Positions 24,772 through 38,200 of a stretch of 64,000 nt of DNA are shown piece by piece. Source of the stretch: Eledone cirrhosa (lineage: Eukaryota); the NCBI GenBank assembly GCA_964016885.1, contig OZ024764.1, positions 3,596,001 through 3,660,000 of the forward strand, given 5' to 3'. Under the pieces are notes generated by a model, which was given only the letters and a program-made list of their open reading frames with translations, was not told where the DNA came from and searched no databases. Numbering within the stretch: position 1 is the first letter of the stretch; each line of letters starts with the position of its first letter. The position numbers were made by a program, and so were the translations under genes.

Positions 24772-27700
24772 TACACAGCTAAGTATTCTATAAGTCTCTA
24801 GCTGTGTCATTCTCGATAAAAGCACTGGATATGTAGTCCTGATGATTTCTAACGAGAATGAAACGCGTAGATTACTTCCCTTGCTTTTATCGAGAATCTA
24901 ATTGTAATACGTGACGTATTCTATTCTATAGCGATTAGGTCTTCAAAATGTTTATTATAAACATACAGAATATTTTCGAATATTCTATGTCTATATTCAC
25001 ATATATATCGCTATTTCAGAGCATTTATTCCAATTTCTAATTTCTGCCGGACCGGCAACCGCTCTTTCAAACCAGTTCCTGTACACAGCTAAGTATTCTA
25101 TAAGTCTCTAGCTGTGTCATTCTCGATAAAAGCACTGGATATGTAGTCCTGATGATTTCTAACGAGAATGAAACGCGTAGATTACTTCCCTTGCTTTTAT
25201 CGAGAATCTAATTGTAATACGTGACGTATTCTATTCTATAGCGATTAGGTCTTCAAAATGTTTATTATAAACATACAGAATATTTTCGAATATTCTATGT
25301 CTATATTCACATATATATCGCTATTTCAGAGCATTTATTCCAATTTCTAATTTCTGCCGGACCGGCAACCGCTCTTTCAAACCAGTTCCTGTACACAGCT
25401 AAGTATTCTATAAGTCTCTAGCTGTGTCATTCTCGATAAAAGCACTGGATATGTAGTCCTGATGATTTCTAACGAGAATGAAACGCGTAGATTACTTCCC
25501 TTGCTTTTATCGAGAATCTAATTGTAATACGTGACGTATTCTATTCTATAGCGATTAGGTCTTCAAAATGTTTATTATAAACATACAGAATATTTTCGAA
25601 TATTCTATGTCTATATTCACATATATATCGCTATTTCAGAGCATTTATTCCAATTTCTAATTTCTGCCGGACCGGCAACCGCTCTTTCAAACCAGTTCCT
25701 GTACACAGCTAAGTATTCTATAAGTCTCTAGCTGTGTCATTCTCGATAAAAGCACTGGATATGTAGTCCTGATGATTTCTAACGAGAATGAAACGCGTAG
25801 ATTACTTCCCTTGCTTTTATCGAGAATCTAATTGTAATACGTGACGTATTCTATTCTATAGCGATTAGGTCTTCAAAATGTTTATTATAAACATACAGAA
25901 TATTTTCGAATATTCTATGTCTATATTCACATATATATCGCTATTTCAGAGCATTTATTCCAATTTCTAATTTCTGCCGGACCGGCAACCGCTCTTTCAA
26001 ACCAGTTCCTGTACACAGCTAAGTATTCTATAAGTCTCTAGCTGTGTCATTCTCGATAAAAGCACTGGATATGTAGTCCTGATGATTTCTAACGAGAATG
26101 AAACGCGTAGATTACTTCCCTTGCTTTTATCGAGAATCTAATTGTAATACGTGACGTATTCTATTCTATAGCGATTAGGTCTTCAAAATGTTTATTATAA
26201 ACATACAGAATATTTTCGAATATTCTATGTCTATATTCACATATATATCGCTATTTCAGAGCATTTATTCCAATTTCTAATTTCTGCCGGACCGGCAACC
26301 GCTCTTTCAAACCAGTTCCTGTACACAGCTAAGTATTCTATAAGTCTCTAGCTGTGTCATTCTCGATAAAAGCACTGGATATGTAGTCCTGATGATTTCT
26401 AACGAGAATGAAACGCGTAGATTACTTCCCTTGCTTTTATCGAGAATCTAATTGTAATACGTGACGTATTCTATTCTATAGCGATTAGGTCTTCAAAATG
26501 TTTATTATAAACATACAGAATATTTTCGAATATTCTATGTCTATATTCACATATATATCGCTATTTCAGAGCATTTATTCCAATTTCTAATTTCTGCCGG
26601 ACCGGCAACCGCTCTTTCAAACCAGTTCCTGTACACAGCTAAGTATTCTATAAGTCTCTAGCTGTGTCATTCTCGATAAAAGCACTGGATATGTAGTCCT
26701 GATGATTTCTAACGAGAATGAAACGCGTAGATTACTTCCCTTGCTTTTATCGAGAATCTAATTGTAATACGTGACGTATTCTATTCTATAGCGATTAGGT
26801 CTTCAAAATGTTTATTATAAACATACAGAATATTTTCGAATATTCTATGTCTATATTCACATATATATCGCTATTTCAGAGCATTTATTCCAATTTCTAA
26901 TTTCTGCCGGACCGGCAACCGCTCTTTCAAACCAGTTCCTGTACACAGCTAAGTATTCTATAAGTCTCTAGCTGTGTCATTCTCGATAAAAGCACTGGAT
27001 ATGTAGTCCTGATGATTTCTAACGAGAATGAAACGCGTAGATTACTTCCCTTGCTTTTATCGAGAATCTAATTGTAATACGTGACGTATTCTATTCTATA
27101 GCGATTAGGTCTTCAAAATGTTTATTATAAACATACAGAATATTTTCGAATATTCTATGTCTATATTCACATATATATCGCTATTTCAGAGCATTTATTC
27201 CAATTTCTAATTTCTGCCGGACCGGCAACCGCTCTTTCAAACCAGTTCCTGTACACAGCTAAGTATTCTATAAGTCTCTAGCTGTGTCATTCTCGATAAA
27301 AGCACTGGATATGTAGTCCTGATGATTTCTAACGAGAATGAAACGCGTAGATTACTTCCCTTGCTTTTATCGAGAATCTAATTGTAATACGTGACGTATT
27401 CTATTCTATAGCGATTAGGTCTTCAAAATGTTTATTATAAACATACAGAATATTTTCGAATATTCTATGTCTATATTCACATATATATCGCTATTTCAGA
27501 GCATTTATTCCAATTTCTAATTTCTGCCGGACCGGCAACCGCTCTTTCAAACCAGTTCCTGTACACAGCTAAGTATTCTATAAGTCTCTAGCTGTGTCAT
27601 TCTCGATAAAAGCACTGGATATGTAGTCCTGATGATTTCTAACGAGAATGAAACGCGTAGATTACTTCCCTTGCTTTTATCGAGAATCTAATTGTAATAC

Positions 27701-27786
27701 GTGACGTATTCTATTCTATAGCGATTAGGTCTTCAAAATGTTTATTATAAACATACAGAATATTTTCGAATATTCTATGTCTATAT
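24769..27786 (+). mobile_element. Retrozyme-like 310-bp tandem array, right arm (about 9.7 units, 10 HHRs on plus strand)
   Basis: gtacacagct recurs at 24771, 25081 ... 27561. Reverse complement of the left-arm unit. Confidence 0.9.
24809..24897 (+). ncRNA. Type I hammerhead ribozyme (representative; repeats every 310 bp, 17 copies in total)
   Basis: gtagtc CTGATGA t-ttct-aacg-agaa-t GAAA cgc GTA gattac. Palindromic stem III ACGCGT. Stem I is extended by a perfect 16-bp helix attctcgataaaagca/tgcttttatcgagaat. Predicted cut after 24869. Confidence 0.85.
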
Positions 27787-27986
27787 ATATATATATATAT
27801 ATATACACACAAACATACATACATATATATATATACACACACATACATATACATATATACACATACATATACATGTGTGTGCATACGCATACATATATAT
27901 ATATATACATACATACACAAATACATACACATATACACACACATGGATATACACACACTAGGATACTAGCTCCTTCTATTGCCCAG

Positions 27987-28415
27987 ATGGTTCTATAGAA
28001 ATAGTAGACACTTTCCATTACCTGGGTGATAAAATCAGCAGTGGAGGAGGGTGCTCTGAAAGTACTGTAACCAGAGTCAGAACGGGTTGGAAAAAGTTGA
28101 GAGAGCTTATACCACTATTAGCTGCTAAAGAGTTCTCTCTAAAAATGAAAGGCAGACTGCATGATGCCTGTATACGAACAGCAATGTTACATGGCAGTGA
28201 GACTTGGGCTTTGTGTGTTGAGGACCTGCGCAGACTGGAAAGGAATGAAGCTTGCATGCTCCGTTGGATGTGTAATAGTAATATACGTGAACAGCAAAGC
28301 ATAAATGAACTAAGTGAGAAATTAGGAATAAGAGGGATCAGATGCTGTTTACTCGAGAGAAGACTACGTTGGTATGGTCACGTGATGTGCATAAAAGACG
28401 ACAGCTGTATAAAAA
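27987..28415 (+). mobile_element. RTE LINE RT C-terminal fragment
   Basis: FHYLG, MLHGSETW, RRLRWYGHV motifs. Confidence 0.85.
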
Positions 28416-28429
28416 ATATACATATAAAT

Positions 28430-29000
28430 ACCTATATACAAGGATATCTTACTTGGCGCCTATGACAGTAAAGAAGAACAGATAGAGACATTAGAGAAGT
28501 AGAAGAACACTGGGAGTTCCTAAAAAATAACTTACTAAAGGTGATGGATAAGATTTGTGGTTGGAGCAAGACCACAGGGAGGAGGAGAGTGACTTGGTAG
28601 TGGAACAATAAGGTAGATGAGGCAGTTAAAGCTAAGAGACGGGCATGGAAAGAATGGAGGAATGGAGAAAGCAGGGTACAGTAGATAGAGACCAGGAGGG
28701 AAGCTAGGCGACAAGTGTACTTAGCTAGAAAGGAAGCAGAGGATAAAAAATTCAAGCATGTTTTGCAGCGTGAGGACCAGAAACAGGAGGTGTGAAGGAT
28801 TGCGAGGCAGTGTGACAGAGAGAACTGTGATGTCATTGGAGAGAAGTGTGTCTGGAAGATAAAGGTGAGCTTGCCCTCACAAGTGCTGAGAAGAAAGCTG
28901 TGTGGAAGAGCCATTATGAAAGATTATGAAATGAAGAGAATGCATGGGAGAAAGAGACTCTACCCCAAGTGGACCCTATAGGGGGACCAGCCATACAAGT
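28430..29000 (+). mobile_element. Degenerate RTE LINE endonuclease-RT linker fragment
   Basis: Plus frame reads EEHWEFLKNNLLKVMDKICGW..TW*WNNKVDEAVKAKRRAWKEW. Confidence 0.7.
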
Positions 29001-29004
29001 CAGC

Positions 29005-29430
29005 TCAGCGCCTATGGTGGTGAGTAAGGAGGTAGCTCTGGGGCTGAGGACACCAGAAGTCTCCACTGCCAGGTGTACGACCGCAAACCTGTCGAAGAGC
29101 GACCGATATTTGAAGAGTTTGGCCCCCCTCAGCTCGACGTGCAGAACCTGGGTCAGTCGCAGACTGCACCAGGTTGCGGCTGCAGAAAGTGTCAGTGCAA
29201 GTGGCATCCCAGACGAGGGGTTTGCCACAGCAGAACGGCAAGATGGTCATGCCATCTGGCCTTTTGCTGTCCCCTCGATCCAGCCCCACCAGCTCAAGCT
29301 GGGAAGGGAAGCCTGCAGCGTCCAAGCCACGCTTACTGACCTCGTTGAGGGCAGCATGGCGTGGGATGCAGCCGGCACTGTGGCATCTGTAGAAACACAT
29401 GAGAGCAACAAGAGACCGAACACGTCCACT
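29005..29430 (-). mobile_element. CRE-like non-LTR retrotransposon fragment, restriction-like endonuclease (REL) domain
   Basis: RHAALN..KRPDGMT..GKPLVWDATCTDT, then frameshifted KLFKY..AVETSG (PD-(D/E)xK type). Confidence 0.75.
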
Positions 29431-29574
29431 TGTATGAAAACACAGACACACTCTAGCCTCTCATACTTATTTCTACTGCTACTATAATGGCACCTGCTCC
29501 TCACAACTGGTTGACATCAGGTCATAGTCACTGAGGCATGACTGACACCACATCACAACACATCCCACCAGAAC

Positions 29575-30540
29575 ACTGCACCACCACCTCACAACTACCA
29601 CTACCCACCACCACACGACTACCACCACCACCACACAACTACCACCACTACCTCCACACCACCACCATGACTACCACCACCACCAAACGACTACCCCCAC
29701 TACCACCACACCACCACCATCACCACACAACTACCACCACACCACCACCACCACCACACAACTATCACCACTACCACCACACCACCACCACCACACGACT
29801 ACCACCACTACCACACCACCATCACCACACGACTACCACGACTACCACCACACCACCACCACCATACCACCACCAACACACGACTATCACCACCACCACA
29901 ACATGACTACCACCACCACACGACTACCACCATCACACAACTACCCCCACCACACGACTACCACCACACCACCACACAACTACCACTACACAAACACCAC
30001 CACACAACTACCACCACCACCACTACACGACTATCACCACCACACAACTACCCCCACCACACAACTATCACCAGCACCACACGACAACCACCACGACCAC
30101 CACACCACCCCCACCACACGACTACCACCACACCACTACCACCACAACACCACAACACCACCACCACAACACCACCACTTCAACACCACTACAACAACCA
30201 CAACACCACCACCACCACAATACAAACACCACCACCACAACACCACCACCACCATAACAACACCAACACCACCACCACCATAACACCAACACCACCACCA
30301 CCATAACACCACCACCAACACCACCACACCACCACAACACCACTATCAACACCACCACACCACCACAACCACACGACTACCACACCAACAGACTACCACC
30401 ACCACCACCACCACCACAACCAACAGGCCACCACCACCACAACACCACCACAACACCACCAACACCACCACACCACCACACCACCAACACCACCACCAAC
30501 ACACTACCACCACCACCACCACACCACCACCACCACTACA
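29575..30540. repeat. (CAC/CAA)n low-complexity tract
   Basis: Degenerate ACC repeats. Confidence 0.9.
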
Positions 30541-30947
30541 TCCTGTTTCAGTTTCTTGGAATTAACAGAACTTTCACTTTAAATAAGACAGCCTCAGTCG
30601 ACTGACTGTATATATGTATATACACTGATATATACACCCTCCTGTGTATATAACTGTCTCTTATATATACACCCTCCTGTGTATATCTTTATCTTATATA
30701 CACATCCTAGCATATATATACAACTATACATATACGTATAACTATATAATTGAAATTATATAGTTCACATTGAAGAAGAACTTCGTCGGGTAAGTTTACT
30801 AATTTTTACTAATAGGCTAGGTAGCCGGTAAAGCCTAAAGGGATGCAATACACATCGCTACAGCGTTTCACCAGCTCAACCATTCATACATGTGAGTGTA
30901 CGTAATAATTATTTTGTATAATCTGCATATTAATGAATATGTATGAG

Positions 30948-33288
30948 TAGATGTGTGTATATATTTACCTGTAGATGTGTGTATATGTAGCTTTACAGGT
31001 CACTTGTCTATATCTGTCTATATATCTACCTGTAGATGTGTGTATATGTAGGTTTACAGGTCTCTTGTCTATATCTGTCTATATATCTACCTGTAGATGT
31101 GTGTATATGTAGGTTTACACCTGTCTTGTCTCTATCTGTCTATATATCTACCTGTAGATGTGTGTATATGTAGGTTTACACCTCTCTTCTCTCTATCTGT
31201 CTATATATCTACCTGTAGATGTGTGTATATGTAGGTTTACACCTCTCTTGTCTCTATCTGTCTATATATCTACCTGTAGATGTGTGTATATGTAGGTTTA
31301 CACCACTCTTCTCTCTATCTGTCTATATATTTACCTGTAGATGTGTGTATATGTAGGTTTACACCTCTCTTGTCTCTATCTGTCTATATATCTACCTGTA
31401 GATGTGTGTATATGTAGGTTTACACCTCTCTTCTCTCTATCTGTCTATATATTTACCTGTAGATGTGTGTATATGTAGGTTTACACCTGTCTTGTCTCTA
31501 TCTGTCTATATATCTACCTGTAGATGTGTGTATATGTAGGTTTACACCTCTCTTGTCTCTATCTGTCTATATATCTACCTGTAGATGTGTGTATATGTAG
31601 GTTTACACCTCTCTTGTCTCTATCTGTCTATATATCTACCTGTAGATGTATGTATATGTAGGTTTACACCTCTCTTGTCTCTATCTGTCTATATATCTAC
31701 CTGTAGATGTATGTATATGTAGGTTTACACCTCTCTTGTCTCTATCTGTCTATATATTTACCTGTAGATGTGTGTATATGTAGGTTTACACCTGTCTTGT
31801 CTCTGTCTATATATCTACCTGTAGATGTGTGTATATGTAGGTTTACACCTCTCTTGTCTCTATCTGTCTATATATTTACCTGTAGATGTGTGTATATGTA
31901 GGTTTACACCTCTCTTGTCTCTATCTGTCTATATATCTACCTGTAGATGTGTGTATATGTAGGTTTACACCTGTCTTGTCTCTATCTGTCTATATATTTA
32001 CCTGTAGATGTGTGTATATGTAGGTTTACACCTCTCTTGTCTCTATCTGTCTATATATCTACCTGTAGATGTGTGTATATGTAGGTTTACACCTGTCTTG
32101 TCTCTATCTGTCTATATATCTACCTGTAGATGTGTGTATATGTAGGTTTACACATGTCTTGTCTCTATCTGTCTATATATCTACCTGTAGATGTGTGTAT
32201 ATGTAGGTTTACACATGTCTTGTCTCTATCTGTCTATATATCTACCTGTAGATGTGTGTATATGTAGGTTTACACATGTCTTGTCTCTATCTGTCTATAT
32301 ATCTACCTGTAGATGTGTGTATATGTAGGTTTACACCTGTCTTGTCTCTATCTGTCTATATATCTACCTGTAGATGTGTGTATATGTAGGTTTACACATG
32401 TCTTGTCTCTATCTGTCTATATATCTACCTGTAGATGTGTGTATATGTAGGTTTACACCTCTCTTGTCTCTATCTGTCTATATATCTACCTGTAGATGTG
32501 TGTATATGTAGGTTTACACCTGTCTTGTCTCTATCTGTCTATATATCTACCTGTAGATGTGTGTATATGTAGGTTTACACATGTCTTGTCTCTATCTGTC
32601 TATATATCTACCTGTAGATGTGTGTATATGTAGGTTTACACCTGTCTTGTCTCTATCTGTCTATATATCTACCTGTAGATGTGTGTATATGTAGGTTTAC
32701 ACATGTCTTGTCTCTATCTGTCTATATATCTACCTGTAGATGTGTGTATATGTAGGTTTACACCTGTCTTGTCTCTATCTGTCTATATATCTACCTGTAG
32801 ATGTGTGTATATGTAGGTTTACACCTCTCTTGTCTCTATCTGTCTATATATCAACCTGTAGATGTGTATATATGTAGGTTTACACCTCTCTTGTCTCTAT
32901 CTGTCTATATATCTACCTGTAGATGTGTGTATATGTAGGTTTACACCTCTCTTCTCTCTATCTGTCTATATATTTACCTGTAGATGTGTGTATATGTAGG
33001 TTTACACCTCTCTTCTCTCTATCTGTCTATATATTTACCTGTAGATGTGTGTATATGTAGGTTTACACCTCTCTTCTCTCTATCTGTCTATATATTTACC
33101 TGTAGATGTGTGTATATGTAGGTTTACACCTGTCTTGTCTCTATCTGTCTATATATCTACCTGTAGATGTGTGTATATGTAGGTTTACACCTCTCTTGTC
33201 TCTACCTGTCTATATATTTACCTGTAGATGTGTGTATATGTAGGTTACACCTCTCTTGTCTCTATCTGTCTATATATTTACCTGTAGA
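30948..33288. repeat. 61-bp minisatellite (copy 2)
   Basis: About 38 units. Confidence 0.95.
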
Positions 33289-33317
33289 AACGGCTTGAGC
33301 TCTCCCGTCGGGGTCTT

Positions 33318-33353
<36 letters not shown>

Positions 33354-33440
33354 AGAATAGGATTGGCTGTTTAGTTGCTAGTTAAGTTAGGCTTAAAATT
33401 GGAATGAGAATAATATATATATATACACACACAGACACAC

Positions 33441-33479
<39 letters not shown>

Positions 33480-33770
33480 TAAATGAAAAGTATAGAAATT
33501 GTTTTAGCGAGAAGCTAACAGTATTCCAATATATATATATATACATATATATATGTGTGTGTGCCTGTGTATGTCCATCAGGTACTAACAGGAGATAACG
33601 AAGTATGGGGTGACAAACCTTAGAAAACAGTGACCAGTGTTACACTTTTAAAATATAACTACCATCGTGTGTATATATATATGTATATATGTAGGAGGTG
33701 AGTTTTATTGTAGTACAATAAGATTTCTTAATATATATATATATGTGTGGGTGTGTATATGTGTGTGTGT

Positions 33771-33804
<34 letters not shown>

Positions 33805-33827
33805 TTGTATCTATATATGTGTTTGTG

Positions 33828-34660
33828 TCATGGGCGATGACACCCTTGGAGAGTCGCTGGACATGGAAGAGGACGAACTGGCCAGCCTATTCGGTAGGAC
33901 TTTCGGCCCGGGACCAATGGACAACTTCCAGAAGTCACTGGCCTGGCAGTGCTACCGGGGGGCTCTACCCGTTCGAGAAAAGCTCTACAGACACGGGCGC
34001 CCGGGCAGGGATCCCTCGAAAAAGATTTGCCCTAGATGCGTGCGTCACGAAGAAACCGTTGCACACGCATTGGTGCAATGTCCGGACGTGGCTGGTCTGT
34101 GGGGCTACGCCGAACAACTGCTGTCGCGGGTGGCGCCGATTAAATTGACCGCCGAGTCCGTGATGACAATCAAACCGCCTCCCCTCTTCACAAAGGAAGC
34201 AAAGGCGGTTTTTCTGTGCATAATAGCCATGTTGAAAGAGGTTGTTTGGTGGACACGATTGAAAGGTCTGAGGTCAGGCAACTTCCTCTCTGGCCATAGT
34301 CTGGTCTACTTCTTCCGATATCACTTCGGAAGAAGGATAAGAATAGAGAGAGAGGTGCTTGGCCACAGGCAGTTTTAAGAAAGGTGGGTGATAGTGGCGA
34401 GAATGGCTCGTGTAAATGGGCCTTCTCTGTATACCATCCTGTAGGTAAAGAAGTGAAGGAGAGGGGAGCACCTCCTCCATGTGCTCCCCGGGCAAAGGAT
34501 TGCACACTTTTTCGGGGGTGTGTGCAACCCCCATCACGTCCCCTCCCTTTTGAGGTTGTTTTCGATTATTTTCATTTTATACCCTTTTTACTCGATTTTA
34601 TGTAAACTCCCCCTTTGTATTTGTCCCTTCTTTTTGTGCCTTTATGGTAAATAAAGAAAT
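33828..34660 (+). mobile_element. Tx1/L1-clade LINE 3' fragment (duplicate of 12705-13537)
   Basis: Near-identical sequence. Confidence 0.85.
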
Positions 34661-34945
34661 ATATCTATGTATTTGTGTCATCATCATCGTTTAACGTATA
34701 TCTTCCACGCAAACATGGGTTTAGACGTATATATGTGTTTGTGTGTATATATATGTGTTTATGTGTATATATATGTGTCTGTGTATATAGATATGTGTAT
34801 GTGGCCACATATATATACACACAAACACACATATATATAAAGTAGAAACAATTAATTTCTCTATTTTCATTTATATATATATGTCCCAAGGCTCTGAAAC
34901 CTTCAATACGAAAAACATAGAGGTGGCATATCTAAGAACTGACTA

Positions 34946-35001
34946 ACTGCCTGATGAGGTCATAGCCATTCAATGGCTATCATCGAAATATATATAGCAG
35001 T
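34946..35001 (+). ncRNA. Type I hammerhead ribozyme (duplicate of 13823-13878)
   Basis: Identical motif. Confidence 0.8.
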
Positions 35002-35042
35002 AAATAAAGGATTATGAGTTCATGCAATTGACTTATGTTTCG

Positions 35043-35085
<43 letters not shown>

Positions 35086-35284
35086 GAGTTAAACAAGATT
35101 CAATGAGTACATCAAAGAATGAGTTTTACAGTAGATTGGAAGCACTCTACAACTTTAAATGTACAGTTATGTTTCATAAAACCCTTAATGTGCAGTTGTG
35201 TTGTATGTATGGACCTGTAACTCCTAATAGAGTGGTAGGGGTGCCACATTGACTTACAGCATTTCAAACCTCGCAGAGCCCATC

Positions 35285-38200
35285 CCTCTGTTTATAATAT
35301 TTACTGTATTATAACACTGTCTGTCTATCCCCACATGTATTACTGTTACACCTGTTTATAATATTTACTGTATTATAACACTGTCTGTCTATCCCCACAT
35401 GTATTACTGTTACCCCTGTTTATAATATTTACTGTATTATAACAGTCTGTCTGTCCAACCCCACATGTATTACTGTTACCCCTGTTTATAATATTTACTG
35501 TATTATAACACTGTCTGTCCAGCCCCACATGTATTACTGTTACCCCTGTTTATAATATTTACTGTATTATAACACTATCTGTCCAGCCCCACATGTATTA
35601 CTGTTACCCCTGTTTATAATATTTACTGTATTATAACACTATCTGTCCAGCCCCACATGTATTACTGTTACACCTGTTTATAATATTTACTGTATTATAA
35701 CACTGTCTGTCCAGCCCCACATGTATTACTGTTACCCCTGTTTATAATATTTACTGTATTATAACAGTCTGTCTGTCCAGCCCCACATGTATTACTGTTA
35801 CCCCTGTTTATAATATTTACTGTATTATAACACTGTCTGTCCAGCCCCACATGTATTACTGTTACCCCTGTTTATAATATTTACTGTATTATAACACTAT
35901 CTGTCTATCCCCACATGTATTACTGTTACCCCTGTTTATAATATTTACTGTATTATAACACTGTCTGTCCAGCCCCACATGTATTACTGTTACCCCTGTT
36001 TATAATATTTACTGTATTATAACACTGTCTGTCCATCCCCACATGTATTACTGTTACCCCTGTTTATAATATTTACTGTATTATAACACTATCTGTCTAT
36101 CCCCACATGTATTACTGTTACCCCTGTTTATAATATTTACTGTATTATAACACTGTCTGTCCAGCCCCACATGTATTACTGTTACCCCTGTTTATAATAT
36201 TTACTGTATTATAACAGTCTGTCTGTCCAGCCCCACATGTATTACTGTTACCCCTGTTTATAATATTTACTGTATTATAACACTGTCTGTCTATCCCCAC
36301 ATGTATAACTGTTACCCCTGTTTATAATATTTACTGTATAATAACACTGTCTGTCCAGCCCCACATGTATTACTGTTACCCCTGTTTATAATATTTACTG
36401 TATTATAACAGTCTGTCTGTCCAGCCCCACATGTATTACTGTTACCCCTGTTTATAATATTTACTGTATTATAACACTGTCTGTCCAGCCCCACATGTAT
36501 TACTGTTACACCTGTTTATAATATTTACTGTATTATAACACTATCTGTCTATCCCCACATGTATTACTGTTACCCCTGTTTATAATATTTACTGTATTAT
36601 AACACTGTCTGTCCAGCCCCACATGTATTACTGTTATCCCTGTTTATAATATCTACTGTATTATAACACTATCTGTCTATCCCCACATGTATTACTGTTA
36701 CCCCTGTTTATAATATTTACTGTATTATAACACTGTCTGTCCAGCCCCACATGTATTACTGTTACCCCTGTTTATAATATTTACTGTATTAAAACACTGT
36801 CTGTCTATCCCCACATGTATTACTGTTACCCCTGTTTATAATATTTACTGTATTATAACAGTCTGTCTGTCCAGCCCCACATGTATTACTGTTACCCCTG
36901 TTTATAATATTTACTGTATTATAACAGTCTGTCCAGCCCCACATGTATTACTGTTACCCCTGTTTATAATATTTACTGTATTATAACACTATCTGTCTAT
37001 CCCCACATGTATTACTGTTACCCCTGTTTATAATATTTACTGTATTATAACACTATCTGTCTATCCCCACATGTATTACTGTTACACCTGTTTATAATAT
37101 TTACTGTATTATAACACTGTCTGTCTATCCCCACATGTATTACTGTTACCCCTGTTTATAATATTTACTGTATTATAACACTGTCTGTCCAGCCCCACAT
37201 GTATTACTGTTACCCCTGTTTATAATATTTACTGTATTATAACACTGTCTGTCCAACCCCACATGTATTACTGTTACCCCTGTTTATAATATTTACTGTA
37301 TTATAACAGTCTGTCTGTCCAGCCCCACATGTATTACTGTTACCCCTGTTTATAATATTTACTGTATTATAACACTGTCTGTCCAGCCCCACATGTATTA
37401 CTGTTACCCCTGTTTATAATATTTACTGTATTATAACACTGTCTGTCTATCCCCACATGTATTACTGTTACCCCTGTTTATAATATTTACTGTATTATAA
37501 CACTATCTGTCTATCCCCACATGTATTACTGTTACACCTGTTTATAATATTTACTGTATTATAACACTGTCTGTCCAGCCCCACATGTATTACTGTTACC
37601 CCTGTTTATAATATTTACTGTATTATAACACTGTCTGTCTATCCCCACATGTATTACTGTTACCCCTGTTTATAATATTTACTGTATTATAACAGTCTGT
37701 CTGTCCAGCCCCACATGTATTACTGTTACCCCTGTTTATAATATTTACTGTATTATAACACTGTCTGTCCAGCCCCACATGTATTACTGTTATCCCTGTT
37801 TATAATATTTACTGTATTATAACACTGTCTGTCCAGCCCCACATGTATTACTGTTACCCCTGTTTATAATATTTACTGTATTATAACACTGTCTGTCCAG
37901 CCCCACATGTATTACTGTTACCCCTGTTTATAATATTTACTGTATTATAACAGTCTGTCTGTCCAGCCCCACATGTATTACTGTTACCCCTGTTTATAAT
38001 ATTTACTGTATAATAACAGTCTGTCTGTCCAGCCCCACATGTATTACTGTTACCCCTGTTTATAATATTTACTGTATTATAACAGTCTGTCTGTCCAGCC
38101 CCACATGTATTACTGTTATCCCTGTTTATAATATTTACTGTATTATAACACTGTCTGTCCAGCCCCACATGTATTACTGTTATCCCTGTTTATAATATTT

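Noticed and set aside
29538-30383. Thr/Pro/His-rich ORFs
   Set aside because: (CAC)n low-complexity DNA.
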